In this document: in pieces, positions 38,553-48,332 of the stretch
How positions within the stretch are numbered: the stretch's first letter is position 1
Layout of the letters: each line of letters begins with the position of its first letter
Source: an uncultured Pseudomonadota bacterium
GTDB taxonomy: Bacteria; Pseudomonadota; Alphaproteobacteria; UBA3830
NCBI GenBank assembly: GCA_902796155.1
Contig: CADBNZ010000051.1
Span: forward strand, 1-59,976
Length of the DNA: 59,976 bases
Direction: 5' to 3'
Program-made: the position numbers and the translations under genes
The notes under the pieces: generated by a model
The model's database searches: none
Told to the model about the DNA's origin: nothing
The model's input: the letters and a program-made list of their open reading frames with translations, nothing else

Positions 38553-39536
38553 CTATTTGCGGTTTGCAAGATTATAAGAAAAATATGGGAATAGCAAGTT
38601 CATTTTGTTTTTTTTCAAAATAACGAACGCTATAATGCAAACAAATATCGTCACCAAGCCGATTATACCGAATCCATGCACTGCCTGCGCAAGAGGCATC
38701 CATTTGGCATCTACATTCATTCCGTACATTCCTGAAATTATCATCGGAATGGAAAAAATCACCGTAATCGATGTGAGACTTTTCATTACATGATTCATTC
38801 TCAGATTCATTATCGAAGAAATTAATTCGCGAGTACCGTCGATTATTTCTCTGTAAATTTGCGCCATTTCAATAGCTTGCTGATTTTCGATAATAACGTC
38901 GTCGAGTAATTCTCGATCTTCCGGATAATGCGAAAGAAGATTTGAGCGAGCTAGTCGGTTAATCACGTTATTGTTTCCGCGAAGTGATGTCATGAAATAA
39001 ACAAGAGCAGATTCGAGTTCGTGAATCTTGACTAAATCGGACTCACTCCGCACTGTCCCTATATGCTCTTCAAACTCAACTCGCTTCTTGTCGACATCAG
39101 TTAAGGCACGCTGATAAAACATAGAGGTACGCAGCATTATTTGATAAATAAAATTGAGTCTTTTTTTGGTCGAAAAATCCTTTATTTCGTTTTCATGAAA
39201 ATAATTGATAAGAGGCGTATCTTCAGAACAAATTGTGACAATATTTTCACGATTAAAAATGATTCCGAGAGGGATTGTTTTGTATGTTTCTTCGTGATGT
39301 CGCATTTCTTTAACAGGAATATCGGTTATGATTAGCGTGTAATCGTTAAATATTTCTATGCGTGTTTTTTCTTCTGGATCTATAGCTGCCATAACGTCGT
39401 TGAACTCAACATTTAGTGCTTCCGCTACTCGTCGAGCCTCTTCATTTGTAGGAGATTGCAACTTTATCCACGTACCTTCGGTTATTTCACTGACTTCATG
39501 AGTTTTATGATTATCTGTATGAAATAGTTTGAGCAT
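38553..39536 (-). CDS. corA: CorA family Mg2+ transporter
   Basis: TIPLGII, DVIIENQQAIEMA, GMYGMNV signature, two C-terminal TMs. Confidence 0.9.
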   Translation of the reverse strand: MLKLFHTDNHKTHEVSEITEGTWIKLQSPTNEEARRVAEALNVEFNDVMAAIDPEEKTRIEIFNDYTLIITDIPVKEMRHHEETYKTIPLGIIFNRENIVTICSEDTPLINYFHENEIKDFSTKKRLNFIYQIMLRTSMFYQRALTDVDKKRVEFEEHIGTVRSESDLVKIHELESALVYFMTSLRGNNNVINRLARSNLLSHYPEDRELLDDVIIENQQAIEMAQIYREIIDGTRELISSIMNLRMNHVMKSLTSITVIFSIPMIISGMYGMNVDAKWMPLAQAVHGFGIIGLVTIFVCIIAFVILKKNKMNLLFPYFSYNLANRK

Positions 39537-39755
39537 GCGCTTGCCCTCTCTTACGGTTTTCTGATGCTGAATCAGCCTAACTACACTAATAGCGCGAACG
39601 ATGAACAAAAACAAGGAGAGAGTGCATGGTTTTTAGATTATTTTTAGTAGATTTGCCAATGTTTTTTCACAATAAAATGAACTTTTCTCTATATCTTTAA
39701 AGGCAATAAAATGAAAATTTACCATCGCAGCCAATGGGGAGCTTTTGTTAATCCC

Positions 39756-40424
39756 CTACCCTCTTAATTTTCGTATTACTTCTGCATAATCAGTGGGAGT
39801 GTTGGCGCTTTTGAAAAGAAATGAGCCTGTTACGAGGCTATTTGCCCCTCTCTGTATGCACAGTTTCGCTGTTATGTCATTTATTCCGCCATCGACGCAT
39901 ATTTCAGTTGTTTTCGGAAGAATTTTTCGTAAAGCCAAAATTTTATCCAACTGCGAATCGATAAACTTTTGTCCCGAACAGCCCGGATTTACGCTCATTA
40001 CGAGTACTATATCAACAATATCACTGCAATAATCCAAGCAGCTTATCGATGTTGCAGGATTTAGCGCAACCCCCGCAAGTTTCCCAAATGTTTTGATATT
40101 GCTTAATGTCCTGTGCAGATGTTTTGTCGTTTCAGGATGTACAATTATTGAATCTGCTCCTGCTTTCACAAATTTTTCTATATTCCTATCGGGATTTTCG
40201 ACCATCAAATGAGCGTCAAATCGCAACTTCGATATTTTTCTATGTGCAGCTACTACATGGGCACCGAAAGTAATGGCTTCAACAAAATTTCCGTCCATTA
40301 TATCCCAATGAATGCAGTCAGCACCCGCCGCCTCAACTGCCGTAAGTTCATCTCCCAGCCTTGTAGGGTCTGCAGATAACATCGATGGACAAATCAAAAC
40401 CATTTTTTTACTCTCGCTCGCCAT
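39756..40424 (-). CDS. rpe: Ribulose-phosphate 3-epimerase
   Basis: PSMLSAD, HWDIMDGNFV, DAHLM, VMSVNPG, VDGGIN. Confidence 0.95.
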   Translation of the reverse strand: MASESKKMVLICPSMLSADPTRLGDELTAVEAAGADCIHWDIMDGNFVEAITFGAHVVAAHRKISKLRFDAHLMVENPDRNIEKFVKAGADSIIVHPETTKHLHRTLSNIKTFGKLAGVALNPATSISCLDYCSDIVDIVLVMSVNPGCSGQKFIDSQLDKILALRKILPKTTEICVDGGINDITAKLCIQRGANSLVTGSFLFKSANTPTDYAEVIRKLRG

Positions 40425-40431
40425 CTCTCCA

Positions 40432-41346
40432 TCAAGAAATCAAATCGCGCAAATCAAATGCCGTTAAAAATTCCTGCCATTCTCCTTTGCTTAATCCGCT
40501 GTTTTCCTGCGTTATTTTTTTGCCTTTCAGCATGCGCTTGTTTAACTCTATGCATTTTCTTGAAACAGAAACGGCGTTTTGGCGATAATTCACAAAAGCG
40601 TCATAGGTAAATGGAACCCAAGCCTTAACTATATCGAGAATTTTATTTGCGTAACATCTTATTTCGTATTGCGCATGCGAATCGGCACGAAGTTTTAAGA
40701 AATGCAGCAAATTATGCAAATCAATTTTCCAGTACATCTCCGTATATACGCTCACAGGAAGAATTGTTCGAGCCAGTTCTCGCGTCAATCCCAAATCATC
40801 AAGCATATGTGAGTATTTTTCATAAGCAGATTTCGAAAAATCATCCAGCGTATCTACAACTTTCTGCCCTTTTGCAGTATCCATAGCTACGTCGGATTTC
40901 CCTTGTTTATTTGTTTCGGATTGCCTTGCGATTTGCTCCAATTCAGGAATATAAAATTCATTGCTTAAAACGGAATATCTTGCAGAGTATTCATTGATGT
41001 TTGCCGTTCGATGTCTTACCCAATGACGCATAACAAATATCGGAAGTTTTACGTGCAGTTTTATTTCGCACATTTCAAATGGAGTAGTATGTCCATGGCG
41101 CATTAAGTAATTGATTAGCCCGCGATCTTCTTGAACTCGCTTTGTTCCAACTCCGTAAGAGACTCGAGCAGCTTGAACGATAGATGAATCATTGCCCATA
41201 TAATCGATTACACGAATAAATCCATGGTCAAGAACGGGAATCGGCTTATACAGAATTTTCTCAATTTCGCTCGATACAGCTCGCATTGTTTCTGTTCGGC
41301 TTTCATCACGCATTTTTTCTATTTCTTCTTTGTTGTTTTCTTGCAT
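40432..41346 (-). CDS. thyX: FAD-dependent thymidylate synthase
   Basis: VQAARVSY, HTTPFE, RHRTANINEYSARY, HAQYEIR. Confidence 0.97.
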   Translation of the reverse strand: MQENNKEEIEKMRDESRTETMRAVSSEIEKILYKPIPVLDHGFIRVIDYMGNDSSIVQAARVSYGVGTKRVQEDRGLINYLMRHGHTTPFEMCEIKLHVKLPIFVMRHWVRHRTANINEYSARYSVLSNEFYIPELEQIARQSETNKQGKSDVAMDTAKGQKVVDTLDDFSKSAYEKYSHMLDDLGLTRELARTILPVSVYTEMYWKIDLHNLLHFLKLRADSHAQYEIRCYANKILDIVKAWVPFTYDAFVNYRQNAVSVSRKCIELNKRMLKGKKITQENSGLSKGEWQEFLTAFDLRDLIS

Positions 41347-41414
41347 ATTAAATCTCTATCGTTCTAATTTTTGTTAGTATAATATAATGTAAAACGGTTT
41401 TTTGGAAATGTATT

Positions 41415-42167
41415 ATGAAAATAGTTTCTTGGAACGTTAATTCTATAAGGGCACGAATTGAGCATTTGCGCATTATTGCTCATGAGTATAAGCCCGATGT
41501 GTTTTTGTTGCAGGAAACACGTGTTGAAGACTCAAAATTTCCTTTAGACCTTTTGGAAGATCTCGGATACAACATAAGCATTCGCGGAGAAAAAGCCAGA
41601 AATGGAGTTGGGATTTTATCGAAGCACTATATCGAAGAAGTAAAAACCGATTTTTGCGAGGAAGCCAGATATATTGAGGCTTTTACTGGCGGAATTTTTG
41701 TCGCGTCTGTGTACGTTCCTAATGGGCGTTTGGTCGGTTCAGAACATTACTACTGCAAATTAGATTTTCTGAATAATTTAAAAGAACGATTTTTGCGTTT
41801 TGGTAATGAATTATTTGTTGCCGGTGGTGATTTTAATGTTGCTCCATATCCGCAAGATGCGTGCGAAGAAGCTACATCTTTGTCATTGTCTGGTGATATG
41901 CTTTGTTGTTCACCGAAAGAGCGAGAAGCAGTAAAACAATTGCGTGATGCTGGCTTCTCTGACCCATTGTATGACAAAGGTTTTACATGGTGGGACTATC
42001 GGTTTGGCGCATTTAAGCGCAATATAGGTCTGCGAATTGATCAATTCTATCTATCTCGAAAAGCTAATGAATTGTTTGTCGGTGGGGATGTTTTAAAAGC
42101 GGCTCGAACATTGGAAAAGCCATCTGATCATGCGCCGATAATTTGTGAAATAGGTGATAAAAAATAA
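41415..42167 (+). CDS. xth: Exodeoxyribonuclease III
   Basis: SWNVNSIRAR, LQET, YVPNG, GDFNVA, FTWWDYR, GLRID, SDHAP. Confidence 0.94.
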   Translation: MKIVSWNVNSIRARIEHLRIIAHEYKPDVFLLQETRVEDSKFPLDLLEDLGYNISIRGEKARNGVGILSKHYIEEVKTDFCEEARYIEAFTGGIFVASVYVPNGRLVGSEHYYCKLDFLNNLKERFLRFGNELFVAGGDFNVAPYPQDACEEATSLSLSGDMLCCSPKEREAVKQLRDAGFSDPLYDKGFTWWDYRFGAFKRNIGLRIDQFYLSRKANELFVGGDVLKAARTLEKPSDHAPIICEIGDKK

Positions 42168-43147
42168 TGAGAAACGAAACCGCAAGAAAAATCGCTTTTT
42201 TAATGCTGGCTGTTTTGCTGATTTTCTTGATTAGTTGGATGATTGGTAGCGCTGACTTTTTTTCAACCGCTGTTTTAGCAGTTATTGTTGGCGTTTTCTG
42301 TTGGGATATTGAAGAATATTTCGATCTTTTGAAAAAAGAGAATCATCAAAAAAATTCTGAGCCGATAAATGAGAACAGCAACGTTCAGCACGAGAAAATA
42401 ACGGCTTATGTTTTGAATTTAGCAAGAGCGAAAGAGCGTTGGGAATTTATTCTTCCGCAAGTTAAAGCGCTGGGAATCCCTTATGAAAAAATAACGGCAA
42501 TCGATGGGAAAAAACTATCAGAAAAATCAAAAAAAGACATCGTTGATGAGGTATCTTACAGTCGTTTTTTTAAAATGATGCCGGAAGCAGGAACAATCGG
42601 GTGTTCGCTGAGCCATGAAAAAGCATGGCGGCATTTTTTAGATTCAGATAATGAATTTGCGCTAATTTTTGAAGATGATGTGAAGTTCGATCCAAAGGAA
42701 TTGGCGGAAGTAATAAAATCGGCTATCGGAAATCAAGCTCTTTGGGATATCATAGGACTTGAACTAAATCATTATGGTTATCCTCAAAAAATCGCGAAAT
42801 TATCGTTAGATAAATTTTTGGTTTTTTACATAACCAATGTAAAACATTCAGGAGCATATTTTATTAATCGCTCGGCTGCGAAAAAAATGCTCGAAAAATT
42901 TTATCCGATAAAAATGCCGTTGGACCACTATTTCACGAGATCTTGGGAGTTCGGACTGCGTTTTTGTGGAGTAGAACCAAGGATTGTTGAGCAAAAATTC
43001 GGTGATTCGCAAATCAAATGCGATGAAGCGAAAAAATTCCAGGACGCAAAAACATTGGCCGTGAATGTTGCGTACAATATGTATACGGCATTTATGCAAA
43101 CGGCCTACAATTTCCTACTATATTTATCAAGCCGCCGCCGGTTATAG
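42167..43147 (+). CDS. Glycosyltransferase family 25 with N-terminal membrane anchor
   Basis: YVLNL...ER, AIDG, GCSLSH, LIFEDD, AYFINRSAAKKML, PLD. Confidence 0.88.
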   Translation: MRNETARKIAFLMLAVLLIFLISWMIGSADFFSTAVLAVIVGVFCWDIEEYFDLLKKENHQKNSEPINENSNVQHEKITAYVLNLARAKERWEFILPQVKALGIPYEKITAIDGKKLSEKSKKDIVDEVSYSRFFKMMPEAGTIGCSLSHEKAWRHFLDSDNEFALIFEDDVKFDPKELAEVIKSAIGNQALWDIIGLELNHYGYPQKIAKLSLDKFLVFYITNVKHSGAYFINRSAAKKMLEKFYPIKMPLDHYFTRSWEFGLRFCGVEPRIVEQKFGDSQIKCDEAKKFQDAKTLAVNVAYNMYTAFMQTAYNFLLYLSSRRRL

Positions 43148-43178
43148 GAGGAAGGCTGGTTGCGGTGCGTTGTGCGAT

Positions 43179-43386
43179 AGATTCTGCATTACGTTCAGGA
43201 TGACGGTGTGGTTGATTACTGGATCCTTCGGTCGCTGTGCTTCCTCAGGATGACAGAGAGAATGAAGGGGGGATTGATTCCCTGGATGTCGGTTCCGTAA
43301 ATCGTCATTTTAAACGCCCAAAGGGAGTGAAGAATCCAGGAATAAGAAACCACCTTATGTCATTCTGAGCGTAGCGAAGAATCTAG
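43179..43386. repeat. Cluster of four CGTC-tagged palindromic repeat units
   Basis: Reverse units 43179-43205 and 43218-43254 (near-identical to 4339-4375); forward units 43303-43340 (diverged) and 43359-43386. Confidence 0.82.
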
Positions 43387-43442
43387 TTTTTCATAATCCA
43401 TTTTATCATTCTGCTCTCTTCAATTTTCTCAACCAATTAACA

Positions 43443-43471
43443 TTGCATATCAGAGTATTCTCTAATAAAAT
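43443..43471 (+). promoter_or_regulatory. Putative sigma70 promoter for grpE
   Basis: TTGCAT-N17-TAAAAT. Confidence 0.4.
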
Positions 43472-43503
43472 TACGGTATTCACACAATTTTTTAGAGGAA
43501 AAT

Positions 43504-44100
43504 ATGGCGGATAAAAAAGAAACAGAGGCGAAAAAAGTCGTGCAAGACGAAATTAGCGAGGAAGAAACAGCGGCTCAGGAAGATACGCAAGCCGATTTAA
43601 CTCCGCAAAAAAGGATAGAAGAGCTTGAATCAGAAGTCGCAACCCTGAAGGATACGCTTTTGCGCAAACTTGCTGAAACGGATAATCTCAGAAAGCGTCT
43701 GGAAAAAGAAAAAAACGATGCCGAAAAATACGCAAACGCAAAATTCGCTAAAGATTTGCTTTCTGTAATTGATAATTTTGATAGAGTCACGAGTAATCTT
43801 GCATCAGTCGAAGAAAAAATCAAAGCTGATGCTGCACTAAAGCCATTTTTTGATGGAGTTTCGCTCTGTGGTAAAGAATTGCTTTCGGTTTTCAAGAAAC
43901 ACGGCATAGCTCAGATAGAAGTATCAGAAGGCGCAACTCACTTTGACCCGCATTATCACCAAGCTATGTGCGAAATAGAGTGCAGAGAGCATAATCCCGG
44001 AACAATAATTAATGTTATGCAGTGTGGCTATGTGTATCATGATAGATTGTTGCGTCCTGCTATGGTAAGCGTCGCAAAAAAGGCCGCAGATGAAGAATAA
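43504..44100 (+). CDS. grpE: Nucleotide exchange factor GrpE
   Basis: LAETDNLRKR, DLLSVIDNFDR, FDPHYHQAM, GYVYHDRLLRPAMVSV. Confidence 0.96.
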   Translation: MADKKETEAKKVVQDEISEEETAAQEDTQADLTPQKRIEELESEVATLKDTLLRKLAETDNLRKRLEKEKNDAEKYANAKFAKDLLSVIDNFDRVTSNLASVEEKIKADAALKPFFDGVSLCGKELLSVFKKHGIAQIEVSEGATHFDPHYHQAMCEIECREHNPGTIINVMQCGYVYHDRLLRPAMVSVAKKAADEE

Positions 44101-44632
44101 CGGCAACGTACCAATATGCGTTGATTTAGATGGCACTTTGATAAAGCATGATTTGACTTTGTGGTCTATGAAAACTTTTGTGCGAAAGAATGTTTTTAAT
44201 ATTTTCAGGCTTGCGTTTTTTGTAATTTCAAAAAGTTTGGCATATGCAAAGAAGGTAGTCGCACAAGAAATTGATTTGGACATGGGCGTTTTGGAATACA
44301 ACAAAAAATTTGTGGATTTTCTCACAGAAAAGCGTCGTTTTGGAACCCCTCTCTTTCTAGCGACAGCCAGTAACGAGATATACGCAAACAAAGTCGCCGA
44401 TGATTTAGGCATATTTGATGGAGTTTTCGCAAGCAATGGTGATGTAAATCTTGCTTCAGAAACAAAGGCGAAAACACTTTGCGCAATATTTGGTGAGAAG
44501 GGTTTTATATACGCAGGAAATTCCAAAGATGACCTTAAAGTTTGGGACAAAAGTTGCGGTGCGATTTTGGTTACGCCAGCAAAAGCGGCTCTTGAAGGTA
44601 TGAGAGGAAAAGATTATCGGTTATTCGAATGA
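44090..44632 (+). CDS. HAD-family hydrolase resembling the N-terminal domain of HAD-UbiA prenyltransferase fusions
   Basis: CVDLDGTL, LATAS, FDGVFAS, YAGNSKDDLKVW. Confidence 0.8.
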   Translation: MKNNGNVPICVDLDGTLIKHDLTLWSMKTFVRKNVFNIFRLAFFVISKSLAYAKKVVAQEIDLDMGVLEYNKKFVDFLTEKRRFGTPLFLATASNEIYANKVADDLGIFDGVFASNGDVNLASETKAKTLCAIFGEKGFIYAGNSKDDLKVWDKSCGAILVTPAKAALEGMRGKDYRLFE

Positions 44633-44970
44633 AGACTATGTATAACAAGAAATCTAATACAGTATTTGCAGAAGATATAGGAAGCATAACAAAGGTGATT
44701 TTGGATAAATTCCAAAAACAAACGCCTTATGCATCGATTTTTGCTGATTGGAAGGCTGTGGTAGGCAAAAAATTCGCATCAAAATCCGCTCCGTATAAAA
44801 TCATAACTCAGGGAGATAAAAAAATTTTGGTGTTGAAATCCAAAAAGGGTTGTTCAGTTGATTTGCAACATTGCTCCTTGCAGATTCTTGAAAAAATACA
44901 TAAATTTTTGGGTAAAAAGATATTTTCATTTATAAAAATAGTTCAGTTGGATGTAAATGACTCTATATAA
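44629..44970 (+). CDS. DUF721/DciA family protein
   Basis: DWKAVVG...A...P, LQH...ILEKIHKFLG...IKIVQ; upstream of a DsbA-like gene as in other alphaproteobacteria. Confidence 0.7.
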   Translation: MKTMYNKKSNTVFAEDIGSITKVILDKFQKQTPYASIFADWKAVVGKKFASKSAPYKIITQGDKKILVLKSKKGCSVDLQHCSLQILEKIHKFLGKKIFSFIKIVQLDVNDSI

Positions 44971-45760
44971 ATTTTTATCGGCGTTTGTTTTGATTTGCTA
45001 TTCGCAAATTTGTTTTTGCAAACCTGTTGTTCATTCGCAAAATAAGGCCGTGCTTGCAAGTAAAAAGCCCAAAAAACCGTTACGCATAAAAAACAAAAAG
45101 AAAAAGGCGGTAACAACAGCAAAAAAAACAGAAAATCCGACTGATAATAACAACGACAAAAAAACGTCCAAAGAAAAAGAAAACGATGATGACGATACTT
45201 TTTTTTCTCGGCTCATTAAATTAGATATTCCCGAAAAATTTAGGCTAAAAGAAATAGTTGTGGGGAATCCAAACGCTCCGAAAAAATTGATTATTTATTT
45301 TTCGTATACATGCCCGCATTGCCGAGAATTTCATATAAAAGAATTTCCGCAATTTAAACAGAAATATGTCGATACAGGAAAGATAAAAGTCGAATTCCGA
45401 AATTATATCGATGACCAAGGCGCGTATGAATCTGCGCAAATAATAAGGTGTACATGCAAAGATTCCGTGGATATATACGAAAAATTGTCGGAAATGGTGC
45501 TGCAAAAACAAAAGGAATGGCTACATTCGGACGACCCTGCGAATTTCTTAATCAAAATATTTTCGGACGGTGGAATTGACGAAAATGAGACGCGGGCATG
45601 CCTGAAAAGAACAGACGTAGGCGCCGGGCTAATGTTGGAGCAAAAACGCGCGATGAATGATTTACAGCTTATATCGATGCCATCGTTCATGAATGATAAA
45701 GGAGAGAAACACGAGGGCGCTATAACCTGCGATAAACTCGCGAAATTCTGCGGATTGTAG
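44957..45760 (+). CDS. DsbA-family thioredoxin-like protein
   Basis: GNPNAP, YFSYTCPHC, KYVDTGKI, cis-Pro SMPSF; signal peptide. Confidence 0.88.
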   Translation: MTLYKFLSAFVLICYSQICFCKPVVHSQNKAVLASKKPKKPLRIKNKKKKAVTTAKKTENPTDNNNDKKTSKEKENDDDDTFFSRLIKLDIPEKFRLKEIVVGNPNAPKKLIIYFSYTCPHCREFHIKEFPQFKQKYVDTGKIKVEFRNYIDDQGAYESAQIIRCTCKDSVDIYEKLSEMVLQKQKEWLHSDDPANFLIKIFSDGGIDENETRACLKRTDVGAGLMLEQKRAMNDLQLISMPSFMNDKGEKHEGAITCDKLAKFCGL

Positions 45761-45914
45761 GAGGGAAAACAATCAATTTATAAAAAATCGAAAAGAGCTT
45801 GATATTGTAATGTAAGGCGCTTTTTTATTCAAAAATTATAGATGAATACCGCCTTGCGCCTTAACAATTTTTAAGAACTATCCTCCTAATCTTCGCGCTC
45901 TGTTTTTTACTAAT

Positions 45915-47474
45915 CTATTTCGTTTCTTCCTTTTTATCCAAAGATTTTATGGCCTCCATGAACCGGAAGATTCCTGCGATTTTTCCAACAGCGTAAAAGG
46001 CCATGCAGCTAGCGCAAACTACAACCAACAAAGCGATATTTCTGTCCGCTCCACCGTTCATATAATGCGTGTTTGCGTATGCGATATTTAATCCATATAT
46101 CACGGCAAGCATTGCGACAGACGCTCCAATTTGTTTTACACATTCTACAACCGTATCGCATGTAATTTTCAATGTTCCGAGTTTTTTCAACGAAAACAGC
46201 AGATATATCACATTGCACCATGAAGAAAGCGAAGTCGCAAGAGCGATTCCTGTATGTTTCATAAACGGCATAAACAATACAATGAAGAGTAAGTTTGTGA
46301 CTATGGAAATTATTCCGCCATTCAGAGGTGTTGCAGTGTCTTTATTCGCGAAAAATGTTGTCGTGAATACTTTCATTGCCATATAAGCCGGAAGACCACA
46401 CGCAAACGCTGCCAAAGCAGGGGCAGCAGCTGCAACTTGCTCAGGACCAAAATTTCCATGCCCATATATAGCTCCTGTTACTTCTTCATTGAGCGACATC
46501 AAAATTACTGCTGCAGGAAGAGTAAATATAAAAGCGAAAAGTAATCCATAATTCATTTGTTTTTCGGCTGTATCGTTATCTTTTGCATGAATTGCTCTTG
46601 TAAGAGGAGGTAATAAAGCTGTACTAAATGCAATTCCGAGAATACCTATAGGAAATTGGTTTACATGATCCGTATAATAGAAGTAAGAAATCGCACCTGT
46701 CGGCAAAAATGACAACACCATGAAATCTATGACTACATTCAACTGCCAAACCCCTGCTCCTATAGCTCCGGAAATCAATTTCTTGAAAAAAATTTTTACT
46801 TCCTCTTTCACTGATGACAGATCAAATCCAATACTAAAACCGCAATATTTTACGTTGATCCACAAAACGGCAACTTGGATAACTCCGCCTAGGAATGTCG
46901 CCCAAGCCATTGTATAAGCAGTACTTGGAAACCATAAGGCTCCCATAAAAAGCGCAATTATGATGCAAATATTCAAAATTAACTGCGCTCCTGCAGGCAT
47001 TGCGAATCTGTTTACGGTATTCAAGATGCCTCCGAACATTGCAGCCAAGAAAGAAGCAGCTATGTAAGGCGAACATATCATCCCGATATTAACAAGGTGC
47101 TCGAATTTTTCAGAAGAAGGATCTATTCCAGCCGCATATCCGTGCATTATCTGCCTAAAGAAAATCAAGCAAACGATCATTATGAAAGAAATTAAGAATA
47201 CGAGCCACGTTAATATCTGCGAACCGATTTTCTCTGCTTCTTCATGTCCTTTGTCTTTTAATGCGTTGGAAAAAATGGGCAAAAATGATGCGTTAAATGA
47301 GCCTTCTGCGAATAACTTCCTTAAAATATTAGCGAATTTAAATGCAAGACTGAAAGCGTCAGCAAATAAGCCGGCTCCTAAGAAGGAAGATTGCATGATA
47401 TCTCTTATGAAACTGCTGATACGATGAGCTAATGTCCATCCTCCAACAGTCGCAACATTTTTGATTAAATTCAT
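45915..47474 (-). CDS. murJ: Lipid II flippase MurJ
   Basis: RISSFIRD, ADAF, RKLFAEGSF, QFPIGILG, FFANKDTATP. Confidence 0.93.
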   Translation of the reverse strand: MNLIKNVATVGGWTLAHRISSFIRDIMQSSFLGAGLFADAFSLAFKFANILRKLFAEGSFNASFLPIFSNALKDKGHEEAEKIGSQILTWLVFLISFIMIVCLIFFRQIMHGYAAGIDPSSEKFEHLVNIGMICSPYIAASFLAAMFGGILNTVNRFAMPAGAQLILNICIIIALFMGALWFPSTAYTMAWATFLGGVIQVAVLWINVKYCGFSIGFDLSSVKEEVKIFFKKLISGAIGAGVWQLNVVIDFMVLSFLPTGAISYFYYTDHVNQFPIGILGIAFSTALLPPLTRAIHAKDNDTAEKQMNYGLLFAFIFTLPAAVILMSLNEEVTGAIYGHGNFGPEQVAAAAPALAAFACGLPAYMAMKVFTTTFFANKDTATPLNGGIISIVTNLLFIVLFMPFMKHTGIALATSLSSWCNVIYLLFSLKKLGTLKITCDTVVECVKQIGASVAMLAVIYGLNIAYANTHYMNGGADRNIALLVVVCASCMAFYAVGKIAGIFRFMEAIKSLDKKEETK

Positions 47475-47812
47475 GGTACAATTCCCCAAAAGAACCTAAA
47501 CAGTTTTTAATAGCATGGCCAAACAGCCAATACAAGAGATTGCTAGTTAATTCAAAAAAAGATGTGCTTTTACAAATAGTTTATAAACAAGTTTTAGTCA
47601 CATACTTTTTTCACAGTTTAAATTTAACAAACAACTATTAAAAAAGTACAAACATAGATAATTATTGTCTTCTCTTCTACTCTCCTCGCATTTTTCTATT
47701 GCATAATCCATTTTGTTTCGCTATTTTTGTGTTGATAGAACAGTTTAATATCGATAGAAACAGTTAAGCTGTTTCTAGGAAGGGCTTAGGGCATTGATAG
47801 GAGACTGTTATA

Positions 47813-48283
47813 TTGGTTCTTGGTGATAAAATCGCATCAGCACTAAAAGATCCGCTCGAGGACAAGGGATATGACCTTGTAAAGGTTGATGTTGTTCTCG
47901 GTTCAAAGGCTTCTGTAGAGATATTCATCGACCGTTTCGACAATCAACCGGTTTCCATAGATGATTGTGTCGCTGCCAGTCAATTAGCGTCTACTATATT
48001 GGATGTCGAGGATCTTGTTCAAGGCAAGTATATTTTGAATGTAAGTTCTCCTGGTGAAAGTCGTCCTTTACGTACTGAAAAAGATTTCAAGCGTTTTTGC
48101 GGCAATGAAGTCACTGTAGAGCTTGTGGCTCCTTCCGAAGAAGGAAAAAAGAAGGTAAAAGGCACTCTGCTGAAAATCGAAAATGCGATTGTATACGTCA
48201 AAGAAGCGAAAAATGAGTCTGAGACTAAGGTCAATTTCGGCGATATAAAGAAAGCAAGTGTGCGCAGGGTTTTTAAAATATAG
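47813..48283 (+). CDS. rimP: Ribosome maturation factor RimP
   Basis: IDDC...LDVED...YILNVSSPG..RPL; first gene of the nusA-infB operon. Confidence 0.92.
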   Translation: MVLGDKIASALKDPLEDKGYDLVKVDVVLGSKASVEIFIDRFDNQPVSIDDCVAASQLASTILDVEDLVQGKYILNVSSPGESRPLRTEKDFKRFCGNEVTVELVAPSEEGKKKVKGTLLKIENAIVYVKEAKNESETKVNFGDIKKASVRRVFKI

Positions 48284-48332
48284 GTAGTTTGTAGTTTAGT
48301 TTATATATAGGTTAAGTGAGGGATATTTTAAT

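Noticed and set aside
38553-38620. CorA C-terminal extension past an A8 run as a programmed frameshift or corA-bioB fusion
   Set aside because: Only about 15 extra residues; bioB has its own SD and ATG; a homopolymer slip or neutral stop drift explains it.
2804-43386. Repeats as a possible CRISPR array
   Set aside because: Units are dispersed, in inverted orientation and variable in length, with no regular spacers and no cas genes.
47755-47777. Hairpin TAGAAACAG/CTGTTTCTA upstream of rimP
   Set aside because: Short, does not match the GC-rich rimP leader hairpin I recall, and its function cannot be supported from sequence alone.
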